A stretch of DNA of 64,000 bases, taken from the human T2T-CHM13v2.0 reference genome, Homo sapiens. Where the stretch lies: the NCBI RefSeq assembly GCF_009914755.1, contig NC_060925.1; one strand, 5' to 3'. The translations under genes and the position numbers were made by a program. The notes beneath the pieces are model-generated. The model was not told the DNA's origin. It was given only the letters and a program-made list of their open reading frames with translations, and ran no database searches. This document shows, in pieces, positions 22,728-37,418 of this stretch (position 1 is its first letter; each line of letters opens with the position of its first letter).

Positions 22728-23726
22728 TAGCCAGGATGGTCTCGATCTCCCGATCTTGTGATCCACCGGCCTCGGCCGCCCAAAGTGCTGGGATTACAGG
22801 CGTGAGCCACTGCGCCCAGCCTCCTTTGTTTTCAAATGGGAAATGTATTATAGTTCTTGAGAGGAATAAATGAGCAACTTAGGAGAAGTGCATGTACCGT
22901 AATTCCCTCTGTCCTGTGAGGGAGCTCTGATTGAATTCCTTTGTGGAATGAGAACGCTGGGGACCCTTTCCCAGGCTCGCGGGCCTCCATGGGTCTCTCT
23001 CTCCCCTAGCACAGCCCAGAGGCCAGTCCAGGAGCTCTCTCCCTAAACCCCCTCTTCGGAGCTTCCCTACTCCTCTCTGGAGTTGGCAGCACCTTCAGCT
23101 CCTTGGGCTCCTCTGGGAACTGCCCCTCCGTCCCCAGGTGCAGGCCCAAGCCAGCAATCTTCCCCTGGCCAATCCCACTACATCCCTCAAACTGAAGCAA
23201 CGCCCCGTTTGTTCTCCTTACCGCTTCCAAAACCCCATCCAGCCATCTTCTCCAGAAAAACCTTTCCCCGTGTCCTCTCCCAGGTCCACAGCCTTTGCAC
23301 ATGCCACTCCTTGTATCTGGAACACCCTTTCCCCAAGCCCTAAAGCTTGTTACTCAGAGCACAGCTTAAATATCACTTTTTCCAGGACGCTCCCTCCCTG
23401 TGGTCCTATGGTCGCCTGAGTTTCTTTTGCATTTCTTGTTTTTTTTTTTTTTTTTTTTTTGAGACAGTATCTCGCTCTGTCTCCCAGGCTGGAGTGCAGT
23501 GGCGCGCGATCTCGGCTCACTGCAAGCTCCACCTCCCGGGTTTTACGCCGTTCTCCTGCCTCAGCCTCGCGAGTAGCTGGGACTGCAGGCGTGCACCACC
23601 TACGCCCGACTAATTTTTTTTGGTATTTTTTTAGTAGAGATGGGGTTTCACCGTGTTAGCCAGGATGGTCTCAAACTCCTGACCTTGTGATCCGCCCACC
23701 TCGGCCTCCCAAAGTGCTGGGATTAG

Positions 23727-24106
<380 letters not shown>

Positions 24107-24522
24107 TAGTGCCTAATCTCCCCTCATTACAGAGTGAAGCCCTCAAAAACAAGAACCTCATCAGTCAAGGGCTCCATGTTATGCCTAGGGCCCTGCCCTG
24201 TGAATGTTTGGTAAATGTGTGTCTAATGAATAAGCGATTCCACCCAACTGGGTCCACACTCACTAAGCTTTCTCAACAGCCTCGGCTCAAAGGCACATAC
24301 ACAGAGTCAACACAGCCACACACACACGCACACACATGCACAGAGTCACAAATGGTGCACAAATATGCAACAGGCTCACGCACAAAGCTGAATTCATCTG
24401 TGCTCACTACTCCTCTGTGTCCCAGGTCTGTTTTCTTTTGTGACTTGGGGTCCCTGAGAACAAGAGTGTTTTTTTTTTCTTTTTTTAGATGGAGTTTCAC
24501 TCTTTCGCCCAGGCTGTAGTGA

Positions 24523-24990
<468 letters not shown>

Positions 24991-25009
24991 TGAACTCCTG
25001 ACCTTGTGA

Positions 25010-25389
<380 letters not shown>

Positions 25390-27378
25390 TAGGAGCCCCT
25401 AGGAGAGGGCAATTTGCTCCCATCAGACTGGGAATCCCAGGCGAATGCTCTATCTCCCCAACTAGTTTGAGGACCTGGGCTCAGGAGTGTCTCCCTTACC
25501 AGCCCAGGAGCTCCTGGACCAGGCTGCTTCTACTTCAGGCTTTGGAGCCCTTGGGCCATGCTAGATATGTTCACTAACTAGCCTTGGAGCCGCAAGAACA
25601 GAATGGGCCTTCCTTGCTTCAGCCAGGTACTCCAGGAGCAGAGCTGAGCTGGATCTCCCCCAGCAGGCTGGTGGCTCCCACAGGCATGGCTGTGTCTCCC
25701 TGACCCCTCTCCACCTCTGCCACTGTCCACCGGCCTAACCCTTCTACCTTGATACAGCAGTTAGGGCTGGGCTGGGCTGGGCTGCCCGAGCTTTGGAAGC
25801 AGCAGCAAACCACACTGTGAGACAGGTCCTTTGGAATTCCCTAGGAGGTGGCAGGATCAGTGAGGCTGCAGTAGGGGTGACCTGGCCTGCCTCAGTATGT
25901 TGGGCAACTCATCCATATATCTAGTCACTCACCAAACCAGTCCAGAGTTCTTGGGCCTGGGCCTGCAGCGCTCTATCTGTATTATGTAGTTAAATTGTCT
26001 CATCAATCCTGTGAGGTGGGTGTGATCACGCCTCATTTACAGATGAGGAAACTGAGGGTCAGAGAACAGCAGTGACTTGCCCTAAGTCACAGAGCTGGGA
26101 AAGAGCTGGCTGGTTGCCTACTGCATCTTCTACCCAGGTTCAGGAAATGTTTAGGGATAGATTCCACAGGTAGAGAGAGGTGTGTGGCGGGATGCCCAGG
26201 TTTCTGGCTTGGGTGGCTTTCAGGAGAGTGCTGGCTCCTGAGACAGGGACTGCAAGAAGGTGGGAGTGCCTGTCAGGGAGCTGAGGAGCAGTGGGGAGGC
26301 GTAGGTTGCCAAGCAGCTAACCAGGGCAGGCAAGAGGTGGGTCTGGAACCCAGGCTTCCCCATTCCCAGCAGGAGCATCCCCTGCCTACTCCCCACCCAG
26401 CTCTTGGCACTGGAGTCCTGGGTTCAAGTCCCATTCTCCATTTGACCCCATCTGAAAAACATGGGCACAGACCCTGTGAGGTCAACACCTGGGATTCCTG
26501 CTCCTTTAAGCCTTTCCCAGTGGAGGGCGTGGCCCTGGCTGCAGGTGAGCGCTGTTGCCACATCAGCCGGGTAAGCCCTGCCCTGTCCCCTCCCCCAGCT
26601 CTGGAGGGAGGCCCTAGAGGCCCCAGAGGACGGTGGGAAGTGGGCGGGGAGAAAAGGCGGAGCCTGCTTGGCTGGAGAGAAGGGGACAGCCCTGGGCTGG
26701 GTGAAGGCACCTGAGTGTTGAGAACACCTGACTGTGCTAGCCTCTGTGTGTCTGTGAGGGTGTCTCTGAATGTTCCAGAGTGCACAGGAGTGTGTACAAA
26801 ATAAACGTGCACTTTGACTGTGAGGATACAAGGTTGTATGCAAGACTGCCTGAATGTCTCAAATACCTCTTTTGTGTGCCTTTGTTTCTGTGTGGCTGTC
26901 CCTGGGTGTGCAGGAGTAAGTATGAATGTGTTTGTTTGTCTCCAGCGTGCCTTTGTGTGGCCAAGTGTGTGTGTGACCCTCTGAATAAGTCTCAGAATAA
27001 ACCTGAGCTTTTGTGAGTCCACATTTAGAAGTGCCCCTCCAACTGGCCCCAGGCTGATGGAGGCATAAAGCCTGCCCCATCCTTTAGAAAAGCCCAGCCC
27101 CTGTGCCCCCTCTCCCTTCCTGGTGACTCACTGCCCCCCGCACCTGCCCCCAACCTCCAGAGCCTCCTGCCTTAAAGAGCAGTCCCTCTCTTGCCCAGCT
27201 TGTCCTCTCAACACTCAAAGGAAGGCTCAGTCCCCTCCTCTAGGTGGACTTCTGTGACCAGGGAAGGGGGGCCTTACATTATTTGCTAAGCATCTTCTAT
27301 TGTACCCCCATTTGACAGATGACGACACACAGCCCAAAGCAGTGCAGTGACCTGCTGCAGGTGGGCACTTGTGTTTGA

Positions 27379-27621
<243 letters not shown>

Positions 27622-30148
27622 TGATCCTCCTGCCTCAGCCTCCCAAACTCCTGGGATTACAGGTGTGAGCCACAGCGCCCGGCAATTCCATGACTCTTAA
27701 AGCCCCTGGTGGAATCCCTGGCCATGTCCAGCCCCGTCAGTGTCCCCAACCCAGGGACTTTGAACCTGGGAAAGAGAAAGGAAACTGACATTTAGTGAGC
27801 CCCTCAGCCGCTCGCTTGGCCTTTCCCATGTTGTCATTTTATTCCCTTCAGGCTTGCTCAGAGAGGGAGGCAGCTTGCCTAGGGTCACATGGTCAGAAAG
27901 TAGCCAAGCTAGGATTTGAACCCAGGCCTTTCTGGCTCTGGAGCTCATGCTGTTAGGTGTAGGGGGAGGTTGGGGATGGGCTGGTCCAGGACTGACTGAC
28001 CTCTAGTTGCAGAGAGAAAGGAGGAAAGTATGACGAGACATGGGTGGAAATGGAGAGAAGGCTGAGGTGACACAGTCTCATGTGAGCTCCATCAACAGCC
28101 CCAGTAGGACTTCCTGTTCTAACCAGAATCCAGCTCCCTGTCCATTGCCCCTCTCCCCTAGATGGAGGGGGCTGGATTGGGGAAAAACGTGACTAAATCA
28201 GCCCAGGCTTGAACAACCTCTCTACTGGCTAGTCGCAAGTGTTTGGAATTCCACCATTCCAGTGATCTCTGTCCCCTTTCGGCCCTTCTTTCAGAACCAC
28301 AGGCTCCCAGGATGTGTCTAGTCTCCAGCCCCGCCTGGGGAAGTCTGGCTAGAGCAGGGGGCACCAGATTGATGGAAGTCCTGGATGCTCTTCTGGAATA
28401 AGGGTGGGGGGCAGTGGCGATGGGACAGGGCACTGGCAGGGAGTGGGAAGAGCAGGCCTCTGGGAGGCAGATCACAGCAAAAGGAGGACTTGAATCTCAC
28501 CTTTGGACTTCAGGTCCAAGGCTCTTGCTACCATATGTGGCTTCCACTGGATACCAGGGCTGACTTTGGCTGGTGGAGGAGGCCACAGAAGCAAGGATGT
28601 GAGAGCCAGAGTTCATTTGGCTCTTCTGGGTGACAAGGACCAGAGAAATGCTCACCCAAATGCTTCAGGAGACAGGGCCTTGTTTGAGGCTGTTTGGAGA
28701 AGGCAGGCAGGCAGGGATGGTGTCCCTCACCTCCAAGCCTCAGGGAGTCTTCATGGATGTTCACAAAGCAGAGTAGCTCTACTGATCTGGATGTCTCCTC
28801 TTTGCCTCGTCTGCAGGCGCCTGATGCTCCCGAGTCTGAGGCTTAGTGGTCACAGAGACTGTCACGCTGAGACGTTGCTTCTGTCCTTCCTGCACATCTT
28901 GCCCGACCAGCGTCCTTGCTGCCCTCGGCTCCTGCTGCTTCATGGTCCTGCCCACAGCCTTCTCTGGGTACTCCCTCCTCCCTGACAGAGGATCTACTGA
29001 TGGGGAGGAGGATCCAGTGAATCTGATTCTTAGGGGGCAGCTTCCAGCCAGACCATGTCATGGACCACTGGCCAGCTGAGAGAGGGCCAGGCCCTAGGTC
29101 AGGCCCACCTCTGATCTAGTTAGTGGCAGACCAGTTGGATCACCAGGTGATGTAAGAAATCCTTAGAAAGGATGGTGGGCAAGGCAGGCATTTAGAGCAT
29201 AAACCACTCCCTTGAATCCAGACCCCGATTTCAGCCATTTCCATGAAGTATCTTTTGGTATCTTTGCCCCATGCCCAACACAAGGCTGGCAGAGTTAAAC
29301 GTCAGTGACTGTGTTCGTGAACAACCAGGTGAGTGAAGTCCGCCAAGGAGCTCTGAGGCTCCGTTGAAGGCCGATGCTGTGCGGTGGGGCCTGGGACTCC
29401 AGTGTCCTTGTCCAGGGCTCTCCAGGAGGCCTGTGGGCTTGGGTCCCTCACATGGGTCTGCTTCTCTGTGTCCTGGAGATGCCAGGGCACTGGAGCTCTC
29501 TGGTGCTACTCCTGCCACGCCAGACGCTGGGGGGTAAACACACAGCCTCTCTCTGCTTGTAGGTCTGACTATACTATACATCCCTGACCCTGGATCTCAC
29601 AGCCTCTCTGCCTTGCTCCCTCACTGCCTGGGTGTCCTTCTGTTTCCGGCCTTTATGGGTGGCCCTGCCTGACCCCCCTGACCCATGGCCAGGCCTGAGG
29701 GGCCGGGTGGGTGGTGGAAGGAGGGTGCACAGTGGAACTCTTGTGCAGGGTATCAGGGTGGGGCCAGTCCCTGCTCTGTGTTCCAGCCTGGCTTGAGTCC
29801 TGGCAGGCCAGAGGGTGAGCTGCTGCTCTGCCCACAGCATCATCTCAACATCTGTTCCACTGAATGGGTCTGGAGCTGCTGTGGAAGCTGCCCAAGAAAG
29901 CCCTTGGCTGGGCTCTCCTTCCAGGCTATTATTGATCCCTTTGCCTCTGGCTCCTCCATCTCTCAGCCTGTGCCCTGGGCCATGACATGACAAGGATGTG
30001 GCTGGTATGGCTATGGCATGTGAACACAATGCTGGTTCAGGGCTGCAGTTCAAAATGCTTCATCTGGGAACTGGAGGTTAATACCAATAAGGCTTGATGA
30101 GGGAGATGGGGAATCAGCGTGGGGACAGGGCTAGCTGAGGGGACCAGA

Positions 30149-30508
30149 CTGAGTGAGGGGATTGGGGCTGAGTGAGAGGATGGGGACTCAGTGAGGAGAT
30201 GGGGACCTAGTGAGGGGATGGGGCTTAGTGAGGGGATGGGGCTGAGTGAGGAGATGGGGACCTAGTGAGAGGATGAGGACCTAGTGAGGGGATGGGACTC
30301 AGTGAGGGGATGGGACTCAGTGAGGAGTTGGAGGTTCAGTGCGGAGTTGGAGGCTGAGTGAAGAGATGGGGCTCAGTGAGGCAATGGGGGTTCAGTGTGG
30401 AGTTGGAGGCTCAGTGAGGGGATAGGGGTTTGGTGAGGGGATGGGGCTCAGTGAGGGGTTCGGGCTCAGTGAGGGGATGGGGCTCAGTGAGGGGTTGGGG
30501 CTCAGTGA
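30149..30508 (+). repeat. G-rich minisatellite, ~19 copies of an 18-19 bp unit (CTCAGTGAGGGGATGGGG)
   Basis: Units read directly from the sequence, with variants such as CTAGTGAG and TTCAGTG. Confidence 0.92.
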
Positions 30509-30952
30509 AAGCTTGAATTAGAGAAGGGGTAGACAAGCCTCTGGAACTCATTACCTTAATGATCTCTTCCCACCCCAGCTCTGGTCCTGGAGCCTACCCC
30601 TGGTCTATATTCAGCTTGACCCTAGAGGGACATGGCTGTGCACCTTGGTATCAGTGACCTGTATCTGGGACCAAGACAGGCAACACCAAACAGTCCTGAG
30701 TGGCAAACTGTGAGGCCTTAGGGGTTAGGGGGCCAGGGCTGGGAGGGAGCCACGGAAACCAGTGAGAGGGAGGCCTGGCCTTGGGTCCTGGAGGGCAAGG
30801 AACCTCTTATTTCCCAAAAGGTTCCTCCCACCTCTAGGGTCCTGTAGGCTGGAGGCAGCTTCCAGAAAGGCATTTGGAATGCTGGGAACAGAGGTGGCCC
30901 TATCCCAGGTTCTTGGGATGCCCCTTCCCTCCTCATCACTAAGCCCCCATCT

Positions 30953-31237
30953 CTTTTTTTTTTTTTTTTTTTTTTGAGACAGTCTTGCTCTGTCGCCCAG
31001 GCTGGAGTGCAGTGGCACGATCTCGGCTCACTGCAACCTCTGCCTCCTGGGACTCAGTGAGGCGATGGGGACCTAGTGAGGGGATGGGGCTCAGTGAGGA
31101 GATGGGGACCTCTCCTTAGTACAGACAGGGTTTCACCATGTTGGCCAGGCTGGTCTCTAACTCCTGGCCTCAAGTGATCCACCCGCCTCAGCCTCCCAAA
31201 GTGCTGGGATTACAGGGGTGATCCACCGCACCACAGC
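30953..31237 (-). mobile_element. Alu with its central part replaced by minisatellite-derived sequence
   Basis: Alu sequence up to ...CTGCCTCCTGGG, minisatellite units at 31049-31111, then Alu resumes at TTAGTACAGACAGGG (31116). Confidence 0.9.
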
Positions 31238-32190
31238 CCTCATTTCTTTTTACCAATAACCTCCCCTTGACTGAGCCCACCCTCTGCCATAGAGTCCCCA
31301 CTCTCTCTGTCTCTGTCCTCTTACTGAGCCAAGGTGCCCCTCGAAGAACCCTCAGACCAGAACTGAGACTGTCTTTCAGCTGAAATGCTCAGGCACTGCC
31401 CTATCTCACCTTCAGTGAGGGCTGTCTACACTGGTCCCAGCCATTCTGGCTGGCCCAAGGCCTTATTGCCCAAAGAACTCACTGCTCATTTGCATTCATT
31501 TACATCTGATCATTTAACATTCAAATACCCAAGCCTGGACTGGTGAGGAATGGCTGCACATATGCATGCTATTTGTATATTCCCTTTTAGTGAGAAAATA
31601 CTCAAACTCTCTTCCCTCTCCAGCTCCCCAAGGTCACCCTGTTTAGGGTCTGAGTTGAGGAGATCCTTGGTTGGGCTCCGCAGAGAAAGTGTAATAGTGC
31701 ACAATGTTACATGGGAGCTAGTCTGTGTTCAGAACCCAGAAGTGCACTGAGAACATGGTGCTACCACTACTCATTTCTGCATTCATGGCAGACATGATTA
31801 ACTGATCATGGTACTCTCTCCCTCTAACCCAGAACCATTTTGGGGGCATCAACTGGCATGTGAGATTAAATCTATTTGTCTCCCCTGATTAGTCCAACCA
31901 TTTCCTTTCCAGACAGGGAAACTGAGGCCCAGAGAAGATGCAGAAAATACAGATCATATCCACCATCAATGCCACTTTCCAGCCTGGAAGCATATGGGCC
32001 ATTCCCTTGGAGGATGGGGGAGGGCAGTTCTACTCTGTGTAATAAAATCTCCTGTGTCAGCACAGTGGCTCATGCCTATAGTCCCAGCGAGGTGGGAGGA
32101 TTGCTTGAGGTCAGGAGTTCAAGGCTGCAGTGAGCTATGATCTCACCACTGCACTTCAGCTTGGGTCACAGAGTGAGACACCCCTCTCAA

Positions 32191-32391
32191 ATAAAAAGAA
32201 AGAAAGAAAGAGATAAAGAGAAAAAGAGAGAGAGAGAGAGAAAGGAAGGAAAGAAGGAGAGACAGAATGGAAGGAATGAAAGGGAAGGGAAGGAGAAAAG
32301 AAGGAAGGAAGGAAAGAAGGAAGAAAGAAAGGAAGGAAGGAGAAAGGAAAGGAAGGAAGGGAAGGAAGGGAAGAAAAAAAGAAATAAATAA
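32191..32391 (+). repeat. Polypurine low-complexity tract (GAAA/GGAA/GA) grown from an Alu tail
   Basis: About 200 nt of nearly pure purine. Confidence 0.9.
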
Positions 32392-32639
32392 AATATCCTA
32401 GGCTAGATATGATGGCTCATGCCTGTAATACCAGCACTTTAGGAGGCCAAGATGGGCGGATTGCTTGAGGTGAGGAGTTCTAGACTAGCCTGGGCAACAT
32501 GGCGTAACCTCATTTCTACAAAAGATACAAAAATTAGCTGGGCATGGCCGGGCACGGTGGCTCACGCCTGTAATCCCAGCACTTTGGGAGGCCGAGGTGG
32601 GCAGATCACGAGGTCAGCAGATCGAGACCATCCTGGCTA

Positions 32640-32939
<300 letters not shown>

Positions 32940-33703
32940 TCACCTGAACCTGGGAGGTTAAGGCTGCAGTGAGCCGTGCATGACACTGCACTCCAGCCTG
33001 GGTGACAAAGCAAGGCCCTGTCTCAAATATATATATTAAAAAAATAAAGAAAGAAAAATATCACAAAAAGGTACTTCTGGATGGAATTAGAGGTGACTTT
33101 TATTTATGACTTTGTGTTTCTCTGTCTGTAATCCCAGTTACTCAGTAGGATGAGGCAGGAGAATTGCTTGAACCTGGGAGGCAAAGTTTGTGGTGAACCA
33201 AGATCGCACCACTGCACTCCAGCCTGGGCGACAGAGCAAGACTCTGTCTCAAAAAAAAAAAAAAAAAAAAAAAAAGAAAATTGTCCCAAGATCACACAGC
33301 AAGTGGTACGGCTGTGACATCAGCCACATTACATACAATTTAAACCAGTCAAAAGTTAATATCAGGAGCTGGGTATGGTGGCCCGTGCCTGTAGTCTCAA
33401 CTAGTCATGAGGCTGATGCAGGAGGATCACTTGAGCCCAGGAGTTTGAGTCCAGCCTGGGAAATATAGCAAGACCCCATCTCTAAAATAAATAAATGAAT
33501 TATAACTAAAATTACAACTGGGAGGCCAGGTGCGGTGGCTCACGTCTGTAATCCCAGAACTTTGGGAGGCCAAGGCAGGCGGATCACCTGAGGTCGGGAG
33601 TTCAAGACCAACCTGACCAACATGGAGAAACCCCCATCTCCATTAAAAAAAAAATACAAAATTAGCTGGCGTGGTGGTGCATGCCTGTAATCCCAGCTGT
33701 TTA

Positions 33704-34051
<348 letters not shown>

Positions 34052-35681
34052 TCAGGAGTTCAAGACCAGCCTGGCCAAGGTGGTGAAATCCCATCTCTAT
34101 TAAAAACACAAAAATTAGCTGGGCGTGGTGGCAGGCTCCTGTAATCCTAGCTCTCGGGAGGCTGAGGCAGAGAATTGCTTGAACCCAGGAGGCGGAGGTT
34201 GTAGTGAGCCAAGATCACGCCACTGCACTCCAGCCTGGGTGACAGAGTGAGACTCCGTCTCAAAAAAAAAAAAAAAAATTACTATTGGGGCTAGTCTGGC
34301 CTAGAGAAGAACAGTGATTTGCACGCTCTCCTGTATGATGTATGTGCAATAACCCATCCTGTGGGGAGTGAAGTGACTTGCCCAATGTCACACTGCATGT
34401 TGTATAAAAAACCAGCCTGGGCCCCAAGAAGGCTGCTTTGCAGCCTGGGAAGAGGTGACAGGCCCTGGCATGATCTGCCCTGCCCTCTCAGGACCTGAAT
34501 GCCCCTCTCCACTCAGGACAATGGGAACGCCTCCTGCCAAAGCCACTGCTATTCCTCTCAGTGGGGAGGAGGGAGAAGACAATGAAAGAGGCTGGGGAAT
34601 GAGGGGTGTGGGGGACTCCAAACAGAGCCAGCAACAAATGGGCAGGGCACAGAGTGGGGCAGGAAGGATGGCCCTCTCTCCACTGGGACTTTGAGAAGGG
34701 GCCATTTTGGCAGGAGGATGGGCGCAGTCTGCCTACTGGTATGCTTGAGCCCCTGGACAACTTCATTCACTGTCTCTTTACATCACTCCCTCCTGTGTGC
34801 CCAGAGCATAGGACGGGGACACCAATGCACCAGCGCGCCAAATCTGCGTGACCTCGTGCAAGCCACTTAGTCTCCTCACCTGTGAATTGGAGGTGATCGG
34901 CCCTACTTCCCAGGGCTGTTCGGAGCATTAAAGGCAATCACAGAAGTGAAGCACCCCAGCTGGAGTGGGCGAGGCAGTCCAGCAAAGGCTAGTTGTTACA
35001 GTGGCAGAGGCGCTCCTCTCCCAGACTGCCCCACACAGCTGGCAATGGTGGGGACTGGCCAGGAGAGCTTGTGGGGAGGAGCCCTCTTCCTTCCTGCCCC
35101 TTCCAGCTGGGTATCAAGATCTGAGACCAGATGTGTTGGTGAGTGACTCAGCGCTTTCCTGCCTGGAAACTCCTCCCTGCCTGTCTCACCAGGCTGGGCC
35201 AGGGAGGGTGAGACAGCAGACTGGGGGTGGGAGTGGCTGGTTCCGAAAAACCTCAGGGGAGCCATGGGGGCAGGAAGGGAGAGGGAAGGAGGGATGAGAA
35301 TAGTGTGCCTTGGCCTGCAAGATGGGGATGGGATGAAGGAAGTGGGACACTTCCGAGACTGTCAAGGAAGAGCTAGGTTGAGGGTGTCCTTGTCTGTCTA
35401 GTCAACCTAAAATGACCAGGTGGGAGGAGGAAAGCTCACCCCTTCCTCTTCCCACCTGCATACATCCTAGCCCCAGTATTTCCAGGCCAGCCCAAACCCA
35501 TTTGTCTTGCCCTCCTGGGCTGCATACCCACATGACGCTCCCTTCCTTCCCTTTCCTCTCCTCCTCTTCCCAGCCAACCACCTCCACTTCCCCATCTCCC
35601 ACTCCACTGGATCTGTTACTAACTCCTTGGTGCCCACTCTCTCTGGAAGGTTGTCCTCTATTGCCTAATCCCTCACCCTGA

Positions 35682-35901
<220 letters not shown>

Positions 35902-36109
35902 TGAATTTTTAGTAGAGATGGGGTTTCACCATGTTGTCCAGGCTGGTCTTGAACTCCTGACCTCAGGTGATCTGCCCACCTTGGCCTCCCAAAGTGCTGG
36001 GATTACAGACCCGAGCCACCATGCCCAGCATCTTCTTGGAACTCTTTTCTTCATCTCAAATATCACCCTGCTGGTTTCCCTTCTATCTTTTGGACAATTC
36101 CTTCTCTAA

Positions 36110-36355
<246 letters not shown>

Positions 36356-36381
36356 TAGCCAGGATGGTCTCGATCTCCTGA

Positions 36382-36696
<315 letters not shown>

Positions 36697-36699
36697 TGA

Positions 36700-37295
<596 letters not shown>

Positions 37296-37301
37296 TAGTA
37301 A

Positions 37302-37418
<117 letters not shown>

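Larger units (their letters stand above)
28501..31444 (-). pseudogene. Candidate decayed spliced gene or lncRNA (exon-like segments 31444-31410, 30621-30555, 29974-~28501)
   Basis: Kozak ATG, GT-AG sites with compatible phases, and long minus-strand frames. Repeats fall only in the putative introns. Frames contain stops and no homolog is recognised. Confidence 0.35.

Noticed and set aside
26184-27080. 249-aa and 176-aa ORFs
   Set aside because: They overlap degenerate TG-rich and G-rich low-complexity sequence, with no recognisable domain or coherent splice structure.
30149-30508. CRISPR-like array
   Set aside because: Contiguous tandem units with no unique spacers, in a primate genome.
32137-32391. 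Lys/Glu/Arg-rich 84-aa ORF
   Set aside because: Translation of an Alu end plus the polypurine tract.
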